From contig NZ_QLIR01000008.1 in the NCBI RefSeq assembly GCF_003428155.1, positions 30,001 to 62,000 of the forward strand: a DNA stretch of 32,000 bases, given 5' to 3'. Positions 9,603 to 18,074 of this stretch are shown here, in pieces (within the stretch, counting starts at the first letter, position 1; each line of letters begins with the position of its first letter). The stretch is from Fastidiosibacter lacustris. GTDB taxonomy: Bacteria; Pseudomonadota; Gammaproteobacteria; Francisellales; Francisellaceae. The translations under genes and the position numbers were made by a program. Below the pieces are notes generated by a model. The model made no database searches, was not told the origin of the DNA, and was given only the letters and a program-made list of their open reading frames with translations.

Positions 9603-11591
9603 CTATTTAATCGACTGCATTAAGTAACGAATAATAGCATCATCTTCTTTGATCATTGGTGATTGAAAGCTAAGTGGAATCAACTTAGGCTTCATCAAAT
9701 AACCTTCTTGTTGAATTTTCTTTAAGCTATCTAAATGCTTAAGTGAAGTTTTACCCGTAAATAAAAGACTGATATCCACTGTATGATAAGCTTGAATGAC
9801 CTCGCGTAACCCACTTAAATACAAAAAGTCTTTGCTAAAGCCCCCTCCTCGATAGACTCGCGCTACTAGGCAAAAACAAGCATGTGCTTCCAAAGCACAG
9901 ATAGAGCGCATGTAATGATAAGTCTTGGCAAACTCCATATGCTTAATCATATGTTCTACAGCAATCACCCGTAATGCTAATTCATGTAGACGCTTAATGG
10001 TTAAATTTCCAGAAAGGTACTCGCTGAATATTGCCAAGCCTTCCTGAGTGTGAGTATTATTTGGTAGACCCAAGCGCAACAATGATAAAGGTTGAGCTTC
10101 AGAATTAATAGTAGTTAAGGCATGGACTCCTACTTCGTGGTGAATAAGTGCTTGCAACTCTTTGTCAGTAAAATTTGCATTTTTATTAATCACCACTTCA
10201 CGCTTATTATTATCCACCATTGCCTTAGCAATCATTTGATCACTTAATTTAACCGTAAAATCAATACCATATTGATGTATGACTTCTTGAAACAATTGAA
10301 TGATGGAATCACCTGCAAGCGTTGGCTGTTTCGTTTTGTCTTCTATATCAGGGGCATGTAATAAGAAGGTTGCATTGGCAATATCACGATTGCTGGGTTC
10401 GCCATAAATACGCAGGCTGTTATAAAAAAACTCATCCTTACTGATACTCGTTAATAGATCCATATCTAGCGCAAGCGCATCAATTACTTCAGTGTAAAGC
10501 TGCCTTAATGTAGGCGAGCTGACTCGATTAATTGGTAAATGATAAAGCTTTTCCCTAAATTCAAACGGATTAATTTTAAGTTGACGATAACGAAATTTAG
10601 GTTCATAGTTGCCACGCTTTTGAAAAAACTTCTTCTCTTCAGCATGAAAATTAATGGGATTGACATAATTTAATATATCAATTTTACGCGATAACTGAAA
10701 CAAGCAGCGATCAAACTCTAATAATGTTTTATCGACGATGCTTTGCTGTCTTTTAGCTTTAAGTTTTACCTGCTTAAATGTACTTATAAACCTATAAATA
10801 ACGCTTTGCAAACCTTGAGCAATTGCCTCAATCATAAGTGGGGAAGGTTCACCTGTAAGCTCATCCATATAAACTTTTTTAATCTCTAATGGAATCAGTA
10901 AAGTGTCACTAAAATGTTCACGAATAAACTGTGCTTGATAACCACGCCCATAAAACACTAAATCGCACTCAACATTAACATCGATATTATGAATATTCAT
11001 TTCTGAAATAAGCAGCTGATTAAACTGAGTTAAACATTTTTGCCATTTACCCTTATTAATAAAATGCGTACCAATATTAAATACAGGCGAAAGCGTGTCA
11101 CAAATCCGTTGATAATTGTAGCTATGCACATCAAACACACAGCATTTTTTATACTGCTGTTCTAAGGTTTCGACAAGCGCATTTAAAACTTGATAATAGC
11201 TTTGATGTTGTGTTTGAAGTTTAGTGATCACTTTGTTTGTTAATGGTCTTTTCCACACAGCTTTTTCCCAAGCACGCTCATAAATACATGACCCTGGGAT
11301 ACGATTTAAATCATAAGCATAGCGAGAATCATGACCAATCAATGTAATGGGTAAATCGCTAATAAAATAATCTGTAAAAGGGTCTTCCTCGTAGTAGCGC
11401 TCGACTTTAGATAATGCACAATTCTGTTCTAAAGTTTTATCTAAATGCTCTCCTGCATGAATGGCGGTGGCAACGAATGGCACATAATTGCAAATTGCAA
11501 TACTAAACCCACCATGATCAACTTTTGCTTTAAAACATTCATGCGCTTTGATTTTAGCCACAATCTCTTTAGTTGATAGAGTTTGCATCAT
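9603..11591 (-). CDS. Fusion protein: N-formylglutamate amidohydrolase-like domain plus DUF1704/QEGLA-motif metallopeptidase domain
   Basis: N-terminal IHAGEHLD, DPFTDYFISDLPITLIGHDSRYAYDLNR and VFDVHSYNYQR (FGase-like). C-terminal HHEVGVHALTT (HExxxH) and HTQEGLAIFSEYLSG (QEGLA motif). Confidence 0.82.
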   Translation of the reverse strand: MMQTLSTKEIVAKIKAHECFKAKVDHGGFSIAICNYVPFVATAIHAGEHLDKTLEQNCALSKVERYYEEDPFTDYFISDLPITLIGHDSRYAYDLNRIPGSCIYERAWEKAVWKRPLTNKVITKLQTQHQSYYQVLNALVETLEQQYKKCCVFDVHSYNYQRICDTLSPVFNIGTHFINKGKWQKCLTQFNQLLISEMNIHNIDVNVECDLVFYGRGYQAQFIREHFSDTLLIPLEIKKVYMDELTGEPSPLMIEAIAQGLQSVIYRFISTFKQVKLKAKRQQSIVDKTLLEFDRCLFQLSRKIDILNYVNPINFHAEEKKFFQKRGNYEPKFRYRQLKINPFEFREKLYHLPINRVSSPTLRQLYTEVIDALALDMDLLTSISKDEFFYNSLRIYGEPSNRDIANATFLLHAPDIEDKTKQPTLAGDSIIQLFQEVIHQYGIDFTVKLSDQMIAKAMVDNNKREVVINKNANFTDKELQALIHHEVGVHALTTINSEAQPLSLLRLGLPNNTHTQEGLAIFSEYLSGNLTIKRLHELALRVIAVEHMIKHMEFAKTYHYMRSICALEAHACFCLVARVYRGGGFSKDFLYLSGLREVIQAYHTVDISLLFTGKTSLKHLDSLKKIQQEGYLMKPKLIPLSFQSPMIKEDDAIIRYLMQSIK

Positions 11592-12612
11592 CGATTACCT
11601 TAGTTAATAATTTCTTATGCTCAATTAAGTTTCTACGTGTAATAACAATATTTTCTATAAAATCGATCACTTTTTCTTGTAGTTTTACTTTGTTTAACGT
11701 ATTAATCCTTGAAATTCCACCTGGGCTTTGAACATTAACTTCAATAAGCTTACCATTGATGACATCAATACCAACAAAATATAAGCCATCTTCCACAAGC
11801 TTAGGACCAATAAATTTGCATAACGTTTTTTCGTCTTTGCTTAGCACATGCTTTTTAACATAGCCACCTGCATGGACATTAGAGCGAATATCACCTTTTG
11901 CGGGAATACGCCGCATCGCACCAATTGGTTCACCATTTAACATCAAAATACGCACATCACCTTGATCTGCTCCTTCTACATACTCTTGCAAAATAACGTA
12001 ATTGCCTTTTGAATTTTTATTCCCTATATAAAAATCTAACAATGATCTAAAGTTAGATGCTGCTTTTTTCTCAACGATGATCACACCTTCACCACCAAAA
12101 CCATTTAGAGGTTTTAAAATCATTCTATCTCCAGGAGACTCTGCTAAAACACGCTGTAAATACTCACGGTTTTTTGAAGCGTGTGTCACTGGAATAAAAC
12201 GGTTTTCGTGATCGTTGAAGGATGATGTATAAAGCTTGTTATTAGCAATCCTTAAGCCATTTAGGCTATTCATGATAAAAGTATGTGAGTCTACCGAATC
12301 TAAGAAGTTTAAAGCCAAAGTGTCCAGCGGTGGATTATCGCGCATAAAAATCATATCAAACCCTGACAATGGCAATTGGCAGCGCTTAAATTTGGCGTTT
12401 TTATAAAAGGAAACAAAATTATTAGTTACCTTTGTTTCTTTAGTAAAAACGTCAACGTAGGCTTGAGCAACGCTATTACGAATTGTAAGGTTATTTGGAG
12501 TTGTCAATGCAACCATGTGCCCTCTTTTGACACACTCATGAATCAAGCGTAAAGTTGAATCCATTTGAGCCTCAACACGCTCCCAAGGGTACATAATAAA
12601 ACATATTCTCAT
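11569..12612 (-). CDS. GshB-like ATP-grasp ligase
   Basis: MRICFIMYPWERVEAQMDST, FMRDNPP, MILKPLNGFGGEGVIIV, VILQEYVEG..DQGDVRILMLNGEPIGAMRR and FVGIDVINGKLIEVNVQSPGGI. The start at 12612 has an AGGAC ribosome-binding site. It overlaps the following gene. Confidence 0.85.
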   Translation of the reverse strand: MRICFIMYPWERVEAQMDSTLRLIHECVKRGHMVALTTPNNLTIRNSVAQAYVDVFTKETKVTNNFVSFYKNAKFKRCQLPLSGFDMIFMRDNPPLDTLALNFLDSVDSHTFIMNSLNGLRIANNKLYTSSFNDHENRFIPVTHASKNREYLQRVLAESPGDRMILKPLNGFGGEGVIIVEKKAASNFRSLLDFYIGNKNSKGNYVILQEYVEGADQGDVRILMLNGEPIGAMRRIPAKGDIRSNVHAGGYVKKHVLSKDEKTLCKFIGPKLVEDGLYFVGIDVINGKLIEVNVQSPGGISRINTLNKVKLQEKVIDFIENIVITRRNLIEHKKLLTKVIDDANSIN

Positions 12613-12629
12613 TTTTAGTGTCCTGATTT

Positions 12630-12792
12630 TTATTCTTTTTCGCTCATGATTTCTATTAACCACTGATCTAAACAATCAAACATAAAATCTGTCATTAGTC
12701 CTTTATCATTAAGTTGGTAAAGCGTAAGCATCAATTGATTAAACTTCGATTTCCATTTTGGCAGGTAGATTAATACTCTATTCTCTGGTCAC
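12630..12792 (-). pseudogene. Small ribbon-helix-helix-like DNA-binding protein, possibly frameshifted; the ATG-initiated part is 12630-12731
   Basis: Not in the ORF track. Minus-strand reading: RVLIYLPKWKSKFNQLMLTLYQLNDKGLMTDFMFDCLDQWLIEIMSEKE*. Allowing a 1-nt shift gives GTG-start V(M)TRE-RVLIYLP..., with an RHH-like beta-helix-helix pattern. Confidence 0.4.
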
Positions 12793-12798
12793 CTAACT

Positions 12799-12842
12799 TA
12801 TATCTGTAAACTGTAATGCATATATCTGTAAACTGTAATGCA
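12799..12842. repeat. Perfect 22-bp tandem direct repeat (two copies) containing paired heptads
   Basis: TATATCTGTAAACTGTAATGCA x2. Inside, CTGTAAACTGTAAT occurs at 12804-12817 and 12826-12839. Confidence 0.95.
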
Positions 12843-12851
12843 TATCATAGA

Positions 12852-13424
12852 TCAATTACTTTGACCTATCATTAGCTTTGCTACAGGAGAGAAGCTTTTA
12901 CGATGTTCAGAAAGCACACCATACTTTTGGAGCATTTCCATATGTAACTTGGTTGGATATCCCTTATGCTTAGCAAATTGATACATAGGATAATGTTGAT
13001 CAAGCGCAATCATTTGTTGGTCACGATAAACCTTAGCCAAAATTGATGCAGCACTGATTGCTTGAATTTTACTATCTCCTTTGACAATCGCCTCTGACTC
13101 AAACGACCAAATGGGTAAATGATTGCCATCCACTAGTACTCTATGAAAATCTGTTTCGATTTTTGCTACCGCACGATGCATCGCCAATAAACTTGCTTGT
13201 AAGATATTAAGCTTATCTATCTCGCTGGCGGTACACTCAGCAATAGCATAGGCTTTTGCATTTGTCATGATTTCTTCATATAAAGCTTTACGCTTTTTTT
13301 CTGTTAATTGCTTAGAATCTGTCAAACCAAGAATAGGTCTTTTTTCATCTAATATTACAGCAGCTGCCACCACCGAACCAACTAATGGACCTCGACCTGC
13401 TTCATCCACACCAACGATGATCAT
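12852..13424 (-). CDS. rnhB: Ribonuclease HII
   Basis: [42 protein letters not shown] and [15 protein letters not shown]. Confidence 0.97.
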   Translation of the reverse strand: MIIVGVDEAGRGPLVGSVVAAAVILDEKRPILGLTDSKQLTEKKRKALYEEIMTNAKAYAIAECTASEIDKLNILQASLLAMHRAVAKIETDFHRVLVDGNHLPIWSFESEAIVKGDSKIQAISAASILAKVYRDQQMIALDQHYPMYQFAKHKGYPTKLHMEMLQKYGVLSEHRKSFSPVAKLMIGQSN

Positions 13425-14152
13425 TTTTTTCCCCCTTTAATTTGACTCAAGAACCCACGTAATATTTTGATTTCTTGTGACTCTAACTGCGCACGTTGAA
13501 ATAAGCGCTTTAACCTATCAACAACTTGTCCTGGTTTGTCTGGATTTAAAAATCCCACTTCAATCAGCTTTTGCTCCAACTGGGTATAAAATGCTTGTAC
13601 GTCTTTTATGGAAGCTTTATCTTGAATGTGACTTTGCTTTGGTAAAAGTTGTGCCTCATCCTGTTCTTTAAACTGTTTATGCAATTCATAACAAATAATT
13701 TGTACTGCTTGAGCCAGGTTAAGCGAAGTATAGTGTTCATTACTGGGAATATAGGCATGCAAATGACACATCAATAATTCATTATTAAAAAGTCCTGTGC
13801 GTTCTCGCCCAAATAAAATTGCTACATTTAATCCTTTTTTGGCATAGCTGAGTGCTTCTTTGCTGGCATCTTGTGCGCTTAACATTGGCAGATCCATACG
13901 TCTTGTCCTGGCACTGGTACCAATTACTAAATCCACTCCATCTAATGCTTCGATAAGTGTTGATACAATTTTGGCATTGTTAACCACATCCATTGCGTGT
14001 GCTGCACTTGCCAATGCCTGTTCATCTGGCAAATATTTTGGCTTAACTAAATAAAGTTCATTAATTTGCATATTCAACATTGCTCGCGCACTACTACCAA
14101 TATTGCCAGTATGTGAGGTCTCAATTAATACAATCCGTATTTTATTCAACAT
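13421..14152 (-). CDS. trmJ: tRNA (cytidine/uridine-2'-O-)-methyltransferase TrmJ (SPOUT family)
   Basis: [43 protein letters not shown] and [30 protein letters not shown]. The start is probably the ATG at 14152. Confidence 0.92.
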   Translation of the reverse strand: MLNKIRIVLIETSHTGNIGSSARAMLNMQINELYLVKPKYLPDEQALASAAHAMDVVNNAKIVSTLIEALDGVDLVIGTSARTRRMDLPMLSAQDASKEALSYAKKGLNVAILFGRERTGLFNNELLMCHLHAYIPSNEHYTSLNLAQAVQIICYELHKQFKEQDEAQLLPKQSHIQDKASIKDVQAFYTQLEQKLIEVGFLNPDKPGQVVDRLKRLFQRAQLESQEIKILRGFLSQIKGGKK

Positions 14153-14242
14153 CTTTAAAATTGAACCTATCACCTTATTCATAAATAAGCTATTATACAC
14201 AACTAATTTTTTATGAGAGCAAAAAACCAAAAGGTATTGCCA

Positions 14243-15052
14243 ATGCATCCAATGATGAATGTTGCAGTAAAAGCTGCGCGCAAAGCAGGTCGCATGATTC
14301 TAAATGCCAGTGAAAATATGCAAAATGTTCAAATACAAACTAAATCACATAACAACTATGTTACTAATGTCGACGTTGAAGTAGAAAAAGCCATTGTTGA
14401 TATTTTGCAAAGAGCTTTTCCTGATCAATATTACATTACTGAAGAATCAGGAGAATTTGGGAAAAAAAACAGCGATCACACGTGGATTATTGACCCAATT
14501 GATGGCACCAACAACTTTATACATCGGATCCCACACCATTGCGTATCAATCGCCATGCAGTTTCGTGGCAAAACTGAGCTTGCAGTTGTTTACAATCCTT
14601 ATTTGGATCAACTGTTTACTGCAACAAAAGGCTCTGGCGCACAATTAAACGGTCAGCGTATCCGAGTTGCTAATCGTAAAGACTTCACTGGTTGCTTGTT
14701 CTCAGGTGCATTGAAGTTTAGTAAAAAAGTGTTCGCACCTAGCTATCCTGAGGCAGTATTAGATTTACATAAAGAAATTTCAGGACTTCGTTATTCTGGC
14801 TCTCTTGCCCTTGACATGTGCTATGTTGCAGCTGGCTACTTAGATGCCGTTTGGACTTCACGTGATGCCAAGATCTGGGATACAGCAGGTGCAGCTTTAA
14901 TTATCAAAGAAGCAGGTGGAATGCTTTGTGGTTTAGATGGTGGGGTAAACTTCTTAGATGATGGTCGCTTAATTGCAGGAAATCCACGAATTGTCTCCAA
15001 ATTGACAAAATTCTTAGCGCCACATTTAATGCCTGCTAATAGCGAAGCCTAA
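14243..15052 (+). CDS. suhB: Inositol-1-monophosphatase family protein SuhB
   Basis: MHPMMNVAVKAARKAG, YYITEESGE, TWIIDPIDGTNNFIH and VWTSRDAKIWDTAGAALIIKEAGG. Confidence 0.93.
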   Translation: MHPMMNVAVKAARKAGRMILNASENMQNVQIQTKSHNNYVTNVDVEVEKAIVDILQRAFPDQYYITEESGEFGKKNSDHTWIIDPIDGTNNFIHRIPHHCVSIAMQFRGKTELAVVYNPYLDQLFTATKGSGAQLNGQRIRVANRKDFTGCLFSGALKFSKKVFAPSYPEAVLDLHKEISGLRYSGSLALDMCYVAAGYLDAVWTSRDAKIWDTAGAALIIKEAGGMLCGLDGGVNFLDDGRLIAGNPRIVSKLTKFLAPHLMPANSEA

Positions 15053-15066
15053 AGACATTCACTCAT

Positions 15067-16350
15067 ATGTTAGCCCTTAACAATCCGCGTGCTATTGCCT
15101 GTCATATTATTCACCAAATCGTACAACATAAAGAATCACTTATTCATCTTGATCAACTGCTTAAAGCTTACAATCTAGACCGACAAAATACACGCTTAGT
15201 TTATGTTTTATGCTATGGCGTTTTTCGTCATTTCTTTTACCTAGATGCTTGTGTTGATCGATTAGCAAAAAGTAAAACAAAAGCTAAAATACGCTTAATT
15301 AGCATGGTCGGCTTATATCAACTTTTGTTTATGAATAAAGCCAAACATGCACTTATTCATGAGACGGTTGAGGCTTGCCAAGAATTAAATCTTGAAAACG
15401 CTAAAGGCTTTATCAATGCTCTTTTACGTAAGGTTGCACTTGATTCAACAGTTCTACCACCTATGATAGGTTTTCCTGAGATCCCTGATTGGTTATATGG
15501 GAAACTTAAAAAACACTACCCTTATGATATAAAATGTCTTATTGACGAGAGTAATAAGCAAGCACCTATGTTTTTACGTCTAAATCAACAAAAAAACCAA
15601 ACAGAATTATTAACCACATTGAAACAACAAGGCATTGAATATCATATCACCGATCTACCTTATTGTATTTATCTACAACAAGCCTGTAATATAGACGAAT
15701 TACCGTTATTTGATGAAGGGTTTTATACCGTTCAAGATTTATCAGCACAATATGCCGCACATATCCTACAACCCAAACCAAATGAAAAAGTATTGGATGC
15801 TTGTGCAGCTCCTGGCGGGAAAAGCACTCATCTACTTGAATATTGTCCAGATATCCAACTGACCATTATGGATAATAATCAAAAGCGCTTTCCACGTATA
15901 AAAGAAAATATTAAACGCTTGCAACAGCTGAAGTTAAATATCACCTTTCTACTACATAATGCAACACAAGCCCTCCCTCAAAACTCGCAATTTGATAAGA
16001 TACTTATTGACGCACCATGCAGTGCCACAGGTGTTATTCGTCGCCATCCTGATATTAAGGTTTTACGTACACCAGAAGAAGTCAAAAGCATCGTTGAAAC
16101 ACAAAAAGCGATTTTAAATAACCTATGGCAATACTTAAAACCCAATGGGCTTATGCTTTATGCAACCTGCTCTATTTTACCTGAAGAAAATGATAAACAA
16201 ATCAATAGCTTTTTACAAAATCATTTAGATGCCTATATATTAGATATTCCAATTTTAAATTTTAAGGCAAAGCAACAACATGGTTATCAACTCTTCCCAA
16301 AAACACGAGCGGGAGATGGATTTTATTATTGTTTAATACAAAAAAAGTGA
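15067..16350 (+). CDS. rsmB: 16S rRNA m5C967 methyltransferase RsmB
   Basis: NusB-like N-terminus (RAIACHIIHQIV...), VLDACAAPGGKSTHLLE, ILIDAPCSATGVIRRHPDIK and YATCSILPEEN. Confidence 0.95.
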   Translation: MLALNNPRAIACHIIHQIVQHKESLIHLDQLLKAYNLDRQNTRLVYVLCYGVFRHFFYLDACVDRLAKSKTKAKIRLISMVGLYQLLFMNKAKHALIHETVEACQELNLENAKGFINALLRKVALDSTVLPPMIGFPEIPDWLYGKLKKHYPYDIKCLIDESNKQAPMFLRLNQQKNQTELLTTLKQQGIEYHITDLPYCIYLQQACNIDELPLFDEGFYTVQDLSAQYAAHILQPKPNEKVLDACAAPGGKSTHLLEYCPDIQLTIMDNNQKRFPRIKENIKRLQQLKLNITFLLHNATQALPQNSQFDKILIDAPCSATGVIRRHPDIKVLRTPEEVKSIVETQKAILNNLWQYLKPNGLMLYATCSILPEENDKQINSFLQNHLDAYILDIPILNFKAKQQHGYQLFPKTRAGDGFYYCLIQKK

Positions 16351-16368
16351 AAGCTAACGTCTTGTCCC

Positions 16369-17223
16369 CTATTGATAAAAAGTACAAGCACACCTACTAT
16401 CATGATAGGCGTACAGCGTTTGTGCAACTGAAGTTGAGCCTGTTGCAAAATTCCCTTTATTATCCAGTGCAATTAATCCAACATAATCATCAAGTGCATC
16501 ACTTTCCTTAATGCTTTTATCGACTGCCTGTTGCAAGCTCATCCCATCTCTTACACGGGTATGTACTTTAGCAGCAACCGCTTCATTGATGATTTGCTCA
16601 CCAATCCCTGTACAAGATATGCCCATTATTTTTGAAGCATAATTACCTGCTATCGTTGGGCTATCACCAACACGCCCTGGAACTTCAAAACCAGCCCCTC
16701 CTGTGGAAGTTAAGGCAACAATATTATTCGAATGATCAAGCACCACCACACCAATCGTGCCAGTTAATCCTTTTTTAAGCTCAAGATATTCTTGGTAACG
16801 ATGCTCAGTAATTGGATTATACTTGGGCATTTTTAAACGATGGCGTGCATAATATGTTGCTTCATTTGCTGCTAGAATACTATGCTGATGAGTCAAAAGT
16901 GATGCTGCTACTTCACTTGGATATTGAATATCTTGAATATTGATGACTGCTGCAAATTTGCCTAAGCAGCTATCCATAATCGAAGCTGACATGCGCACTT
17001 GACCATCTTGCTGTAACCTTGAACCAGTTCCTGCATTGAAAATGGGAACATCTTCTAAACACTTTGCTGTAAATACCGCAGTTTTTAATGCATCATCACT
17101 TTTTTGTAAAAATGAATAGGCTTGTTTGATAATTGTTAATAAATGATTGTGGTAATCTTGAAACCTTGTGTTGTAATCTTCTCTTGCGCCACAGCCTCCA
17201 TGAATAATGATTCTTTGCATCAT
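16369..17223 (-). CDS. iaaA: Isoaspartyl peptidase / plant-type asparaginase (Ntn hydrolase)
   Basis: IIIHGGCGA, IFNAGTGSRLQQDG, autoprocessing site GLTGTIGVVVLD and GRVGDSPTIAGNYA. The start overlaps the cphB stop. Confidence 0.88.
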   Translation of the reverse strand: MMQRIIIHGGCGAREDYNTRFQDYHNHLLTIIKQAYSFLQKSDDALKTAVFTAKCLEDVPIFNAGTGSRLQQDGQVRMSASIMDSCLGKFAAVINIQDIQYPSEVAASLLTHQHSILAANEATYYARHRLKMPKYNPITEHRYQEYLELKKGLTGTIGVVVLDHSNNIVALTSTGGAGFEVPGRVGDSPTIAGNYASKIMGISCTGIGEQIINEAVAAKVHTRVRDGMSLQQAVDKSIKESDALDDYVGLIALDNKGNFATGSTSVAQTLYAYHDSRCACTFYQ

Positions 17224-18074
17224 ATCACCCTTACTTCATGTACGTTGGCATCATACTTACTGCCTTCTAATAGTAAGTGCATGCGGATGCCAACTAAACT
17301 AATTGGATCATTATCACGTGCATCTGGCATAGAAGAGTGTTCAATATGGGACATATCAATAATGGTCAATGCCCCACTACCAACAACTTCAATCACACCA
17401 TCATGTGCCAAAAACGCACCTGTATCCTCATCGATGCCAACACCGGTCACAAATGGATTATAGGAAAGCGCTGTTAATAAACGCCCTAACCGATCACGTT
17501 GTGAGAAGTGTTGATCTACTAAAATCTTATTGGTCAATCCTAGCCCTGGTGCCATATTAACCATATTATAACGTGGCATAAATCCATTTGCCCCTCCTAC
17601 AATCATATGCTCAGAAATAAACGCCGCTCCTGCTGAGGTGCCTGCAACATGAACTCCTTTGGCATTACATCGACGAATCAATTGCGCCACTTTAGTCCCA
17701 CCCAAAATCGTAGATAACAAGAGCTGATTACCACCTGTCATAAAAATGCCTGTTGCTTTTTCAAAATGAGCCAAATACGCTTCTTTATAAGTATCTGCAC
17801 GATTTTGAATTTCTAAACTGATTGCATTTTTAACCCCAAGGTTATTAAAAATTTTAACGTATTCACTCCCAGTATCTAGTAACTTAGATGCTGTTGGGAT
17901 AATCACAATATACGCATCTTCACCACCACTTAACTCAATAAACCTTGTCAGCACTTTAGAAGAAGTAAATTTATCTTCTCGACCACCAATTGGAATAATA
18001 TAACCTCTATGAATACCTGAAACTGTCGGTGCTGGCACCTTTATACCTCCTATTTGCTTAGGGTTTATTAGCAA
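17220..18074 (-). CDS. cphB: Cyanophycinase
   Basis: IPIGGREDK, GIFMTGGNQLLL, nucleophile motif GTSAGAAFISEHMI and GVGIDEDTGAFL. Confidence 0.93.
   Translation of the reverse strand: MLINPKQIGGIKVPAPTVSGIHRGYIIPIGGREDKFTSSKVLTRFIELSGGEDAYIVIIPTASKLLDTGSEYVKIFNNLGVKNAISLEIQNRADTYKEAYLAHFEKATGIFMTGGNQLLLSTILGGTKVAQLIRRCNAKGVHVAGTSAGAAFISEHMIVGGANGFMPRYNMVNMAPGLGLTNKILVDQHFSQRDRLGRLLTALSYNPFVTGVGIDEDTGAFLAHDGVIEVVGSGALTIIDMSHIEHSSMPDARDNDPISLVGIRMHLLLEGSKYDANVHEVRVI

Noticed and set aside
12799-12842. Considered as a minimal CRISPR-like or plasmid-iteron array.
   Set aside because: There are only two contiguous copies, with no variable spacers, cas genes or replication initiator nearby. A regulatory operator fits better.
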